Of a stretch of DNA of 28,898 nt, positions 25,118 to 28,898 are shown in pieces. The stretch comes from Candidatus Fervidifonticultor quintus (GTDB lineage Bacteria > Sysuimicrobiota > Sysuimicrobiia > Sysuimicrobiales > Humicultoraceae). Position 1 is the stretch's first letter; the number at the start of each line of letters is the position of its first letter. The translations under genes were made by a program, and so were the position numbers. Under the pieces are notes generated by a model. That model had not been told where the DNA came from and did no database searches. It was given only the letters and a program-made list of their open reading frames with translations. The stretch is from assembly GCA_031459535.1 (NCBI GenBank), contig JAVKIJ010000038.1:1-28898 (forward strand). The letters are read 5' to 3'.

Positions 25118-27559
25118 ATGTTGACGGTCCCTGAGAAGGCACCGCAGATCCCCAATCGCCTGCCGCTGCTGCCCCTCAAGGGCACGGTGGTGTTTCCACA
25201 CCAAGTGCAGGGGCTGGGCGTGGGGCGACAGAAGTCGTTGCGCGCGCTGGAACACGCGCTGGGACACGACCGGTTCATTCTGCTGGTGGCGCAGCGGGAT
25301 GACGAGATCGACAATCCGCGGCCGCAGGACATCCACAGTGTAGGCACGGCCTGCCGCATCCTTCAGGTCGGCAAGCAGCCGGACGGTATCCTCCAGGTGG
25401 TGGTGGAGGGCCTGGCCCGGGCGACGATCTCCCGGTACCTCCAGGAGGATCCCTTCTTCGAGGTCGAGGCTGAGCGGCGCGACGACTCCGTGGAGAAGAC
25501 CATGGAGGTCGAAGCCCTGATGCGCGGGCTGCTGTCACAGTTCGAGCGGTTCGCGCGGTTCTCGCGCTCGATCCCGGCCGACCAGCTCGTGGCCGCCAGC
25601 CAGCTCGACGATCCCGGCCGGTTGGCCGATCTGGTCGCACAGCACGTTTCCCTAAAAGTCGAGGAACGCCAGGAGCTCCTGGAGGCCGATCCCAAGACCC
25701 GGCTGGAGAAGCTGTCGGCCATCATCACCCGCGAGGTCAACCTCCTGGAGCTCGAACGGAAAATCCAGAACCGCGTGCGCAAACAGATGGAGAAGTCGCA
25801 GCGGGAGTACTTCCTCAAGGAGCAGATCAAGGCCATCCAGCAGGAGCTTGGCGAGAGCGACGAGCGCCAGGCCGAGGTCACCGAGTACCGCAAGAAGATC
25901 GAGGCAGCCAACCTGCCCGAGCATGTCAAGACCAAGGCCATGGAAGAGCTGGCGCGCCTGGAGAAGATGCCGCCCATGGTCGCCGAGGCGGTGGTCGTCC
26001 GCACCTATCTGGATTGGATCCTGGCCATTCCGTGGACGGAGCGAACCGAGGACCGGCTGGACATCGACGAGGCACGGCGGATCCTGGACGAGGATCACTA
26101 CGGGCTGGAGAAGGCCAAGGATCGCGTGATCGAGTACCTGGCGGTGCGGAAGCTCGCCCCGCAGACCCGGGGACCGATCCTGTGCTTCGTGGGGCCGCCG
26201 GGCGTCGGCAAGACTTCCGTGGGCAAGTCCATCGCCAGGGCGCTGGGCCGCAAGTTCGTCCGCGTCTCCCTGGGTGGCGTGCGGGACGAAGCTGAGATCC
26301 GGGGCCATCGCCGCACCTATGTGGGTGCCCTGCCCGGCCGAATCGTCCAGGGTATGAAGACGGCGGGCAGCCGCAACCCGGTGTTCATGCTGGACGAGAT
26401 CGACAAGCTGGGCATGGACTTCCGGGGCGATCCGTCCGCGGCGCTGCTCGAGGCGCTGGATCCGGAGCAGAACCACGCCTTCAGCGATCACTATCTGGAG
26501 CTGGCGCTGGATCTGAGCGAGGTCATGTTCATCGCCACGGCCAACATCCTGGAGACCGTGCCACCGGCGCTGCGCGATCGGATGGAAGTCATCCGCTTCC
26601 CGGGCTATATCGAGGAAGAGAAGGTCAAGATCGCCGAGAAGTTCTTGATTCCCAAGCAACTGCGGGCCAACGGCCTCAAGCCCGAGCAACTAACCTTCAC
26701 GCCCGAGGCGCTGCGACTGGTGGTGCGGGAGTACACCCGGGAAGCCGGCGTCCGCAATCTGGAGCGCGAGATCGGCAGCATCTGCCGGAAGGTCGCCACG
26801 CGCGTGGCGCGCGGGCAACTGCAGGCCGAGCGGGTGACGAGGGCGAACGTCCACCTCTTCCTGGGCCCGCCCAAGTTCCGCTTCGGGATGGCCGAGGAGC
26901 ACGACGAGGTGGGCGTGGCGACCGGCCTGGTCTACACCGAGATGGGTGGCGACGTCATCACGGTGGAAGCGACCCTGATGCGCGGGGAGGGCAAGCTGGT
27001 TCTCACGGGGCAGCTGGGCGATGTCATGAAGGAATCGGCTCAGGCGGCCATGTCCTATGTGCGGTCGCGGGCGCGGCGCCTGGGAGCCGACGAGGAGTTC
27101 TACGACAAGAGCGACGTGCACATCCACGTGCCAGCGGGCGCGGTGCCCAAGGACGGTCCGTCGGCGGGCATCACCATGGCCACGGCCCTGGCGTCGGCGG
27201 TGACCGGCCGGCCGGTGCGCCGCGATGTGGCCATGACAGGCGAGATCACCCTGCGCGGCCGGGTGCTACCGATCGGCGGCCTGAAGGAGAAGGTCCTGGC
27301 GGCGCATCGGGCAGGCATCAAGACCGTCATCCTGCCCAAAGAGAACGAGAAGGACCTCACCGAGATCCCGGCCAACGTGCGCAAGCAGCTCAACCTGGTG
27401 CTCGTCACCCACATGGACGAGGTGCTCAAGGAGGCCCTGGGGGCGACGAGGGCGCAGGAGGTGACGCCTCCGGCGCCGGTGGTGAGCCCGCCGCCGTTTG
27501 TGCCGTCCATGCCCCCGGTACAGCCCGAGCGGCGCCCGGCGGAGCCTCCGGTCAGCTGA
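25118..27559 (+). CDS. lon: Lon protease (endopeptidase La)
   Basis: [27 protein letters not shown] (catalytic Ser), GGLKEK. Pro-rich tail. Confidence 0.98.
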   Translation: MLTVPEKAPQIPNRLPLLPLKGTVVFPHQVQGLGVGRQKSLRALEHALGHDRFILLVAQRDDEIDNPRPQDIHSVGTACRILQVGKQPDGILQVVVEGLARATISRYLQEDPFFEVEAERRDDSVEKTMEVEALMRGLLSQFERFARFSRSIPADQLVAASQLDDPGRLADLVAQHVSLKVEERQELLEADPKTRLEKLSAIITREVNLLELERKIQNRVRKQMEKSQREYFLKEQIKAIQQELGESDERQAEVTEYRKKIEAANLPEHVKTKAMEELARLEKMPPMVAEAVVVRTYLDWILAIPWTERTEDRLDIDEARRILDEDHYGLEKAKDRVIEYLAVRKLAPQTRGPILCFVGPPGVGKTSVGKSIARALGRKFVRVSLGGVRDEAEIRGHRRTYVGALPGRIVQGMKTAGSRNPVFMLDEIDKLGMDFRGDPSAALLEALDPEQNHAFSDHYLELALDLSEVMFIATANILETVPPALRDRMEVIRFPGYIEEEKVKIAEKFLIPKQLRANGLKPEQLTFTPEALRLVVREYTREAGVRNLEREIGSICRKVATRVARGQLQAERVTRANVHLFLGPPKFRFGMAEEHDEVGVATGLVYTEMGGDVITVEATLMRGEGKLVLTGQLGDVMKESAQAAMSYVRSRARRLGADEEFYDKSDVHIHVPAGAVPKDGPSAGITMATALASAVTGRPVRRDVAMTGEITLRGRVLPIGGLKEKVLAAHRAGIKTVILPKENEKDLTEIPANVRKQLNLVLVTHMDEVLKEALGATRAQEVTPPAPVVSPPPFVPSMPPVQPERRPAEPPVS

Positions 27560-27584
27560 CAGGCCGTCGGTGGGGTGGTATGAT
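27556..27584 (+). promoter_or_regulatory. valS leader promoter
   Basis: CTGACA, 17 bp spacer, TATGAT with an extended -10 TG. Confidence 0.65.
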
Positions 27585-27594
27585 TTGGCATAAT

Positions 27595-27850
27595 GGCCGT
27601 GAGGGGGAGGAGTAGGCCAGCGGCGCCCGAAGCGAGGGAGGTCCGTCGGGTGGAAGGCCTCCTGGAAGCGGGCCGGCCCAATGTCGCCCCTGAGCCGCAG
27701 CCTGAACCTGCAGTAGGGCTGCCGGGGCTCGCCCGAGAGCGCGAGTGAGAGCGCCGGGGCCGGGCGCGTGTGATCCACGCGCCGGACCCGGCGATCAAGG
27801 TGGTACCGCGGAGCGCCGCTTCGCCCTTGGCAAGCGGCGTTGCGTTTTGT
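27595..27850 (+). ncRNA. Val T-box riboswitch with terminator
   Basis: Stem I with AGTA and specifier GTC (27683-27685), T-box AAGGTGGTACCGCG (27797-27810), antiterminator CAAGG/CCTTG, terminator GCGCCGCTT/AAGCGGCGT followed by GTTTT. Confidence 0.9.
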
Positions 27851-27865
27851 CTGGAAGGAGTGGTC

Positions 27866-28898
27866 ATGGCGGAACCGTACAACCCCCTGGAAGTCGAGGC
27901 GCGCCGCTACCGCCAGTGGCTGGAACGCGGCTATTTCCACGCGCCGGTGGATCCTGGCCGAAAGCCCTTCTGCATCATGATGCCCTTGCCCAACATCACC
28001 GGCACATTGCACATGGGCCACGCGTTGAATCACACCATCCAGGACCTGCTGACCCGGTGGCGGCGCATGCAGGGCTACAACGCCATGTGGCTGCCCGGCA
28101 CCGACCACGCCAGCATCGGGACCCATGTGGTGATGGAGCGCGAGCTGGCAAAGCAGGGCAAGACTCGGTTCGACCTGGGCCGCGAGAAGTTCCTGGAATT
28201 CGCGTGGCAGTGGAAGGAGAAGTACGGGGAGCTCATCTACAGCCAGATCCGCCGTATGGGCTCAGGCTGCGACTGGGACCGCGTGACGTTCACCATGGAT
28301 CCGGGTTACTATGACGCGGTCATCGAATGCTTCCTGCGCCTCTACCGGAAGGGCTACATCTACTACGGCAAACGGATGATCAACTGGTGTCCCCGGGACC
28401 TGACCAGCGTGTCCGATCTCGAGGTCGACTACCAGCCGGTCCAGAGCCACCTCTGGTACGTGCGCTATCGCAGTGCCGGCGACGGGGCGGGCATTGTGAT
28501 CGCCACCCAGCGACCGGAGACGATCCTGGCCGACGTGGCCGTCGCCGTGCACCCCGACGACGATCGCTACCGGGCCATGATCGGGCAGGAGGTGGTGGTG
28601 CCCATCGTGAACCGCCGGGTCCCGATCATCGGCGACTTCCGTGTGGACCCGGCGTTCGGCACCGGCGCGCTCAAGATCACGCCGGGCCATGACCCCCTGG
28701 ACAATGCCATCGGAAGTGAACACAGGCTCCCGGTCCTGGTCATCCTCGACGAACGCGGTCGCATGACGCCCGAGACCGGCCGGTATGCCGGCATGGATCG
28801 GTTCGAGGCCCGCGAGGCCGTGGCTTCCGACCTGGAGGCCGCGGGCCTGGTGGAGCGCAAGGAAGCATACACGACCCACGTCGGTCTGTGTGACCGTT
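27866..28898 (+). CDS. valS: Valyl-tRNA synthetase, 5' part (runs off the window, absent from the ORF track)
   Basis: [36 protein letters not shown] and [20 protein letters not shown], Val T-box upstream. Confidence 0.96.
   Translation, partial: MAEPYNPLEVEARRYRQWLERGYFHAPVDPGRKPFCIMMPLPNITGTLHMGHALNHTIQDLLTRWRRMQGYNAMWLPGTDHASIGTHVVMERELAKQGKTRFDLGREKFLEFAWQWKEKYGELIYSQIRRMGSGCDWDRVTFTMDPGYYDAVIECFLRLYRKGYIYYGKRMINWCPRDLTSVSDLEVDYQPVQSHLWYVRYRSAGDGAGIVIATQRPETILADVAVAVHPDDDRYRAMIGQEVVVPIVNRRVPIIGDFRVDPAFGTGALKITPGHDPLDNAIGSEHRLPVLVILDERGRMTPETGRYAGMDRFEAREAVASDLEAAGLVERKEAYTTHVGLCDR

Noticed and set aside
27595-27850. Structured lon-valS intergenic region as a novel ncRNA
   Set aside because: Fully explained by a canonical Val T-box (GTC specifier, UGGU bulge, terminator).

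Overview
GC-rich bacterial chromosomal segment, with no phage, IS or CRISPR detected. The gene style suggests a Terrabacteria lineage such as Armatimonadota/CSP1-3, but this is inference only. Order: partial gene, icd, copper locus (csoR-copA-copZ-tlpA), a second His-less CsoR-family (CstR-like) repressor divergent from a DsrE2-TusA-NarI/DsrM-like-DsrK-like sulfur-relay operon with two operator boxes, tRNA-Arg, EamA transporter, a four-gene divergent NHEJ locus (Tag-like/FeS glycosylase <- ligD | ku -> MerR-HTH/TPR), a KimA-N-terminus mini-gene, DmpA peptidase, HtrA-VWA-VWA, an atypical FMN riboswitch upstream of an orphan AfuA-type solute-binding protein, tRNA-Lys, a small insert, tRNA-Leu, tig-clpP-clpX-lon, T-box and partial valS. 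The best candidates for undescribed biology are (1) the persulfide-sensor/DsrE/TusA/DsrMK-like module, (2) the NHEJ locus with two translationally coupled accessory genes and (3) the variant FMN riboswitch with a non-canonical binding protein. All calls come from reading motifs by eye, and no searches were run.
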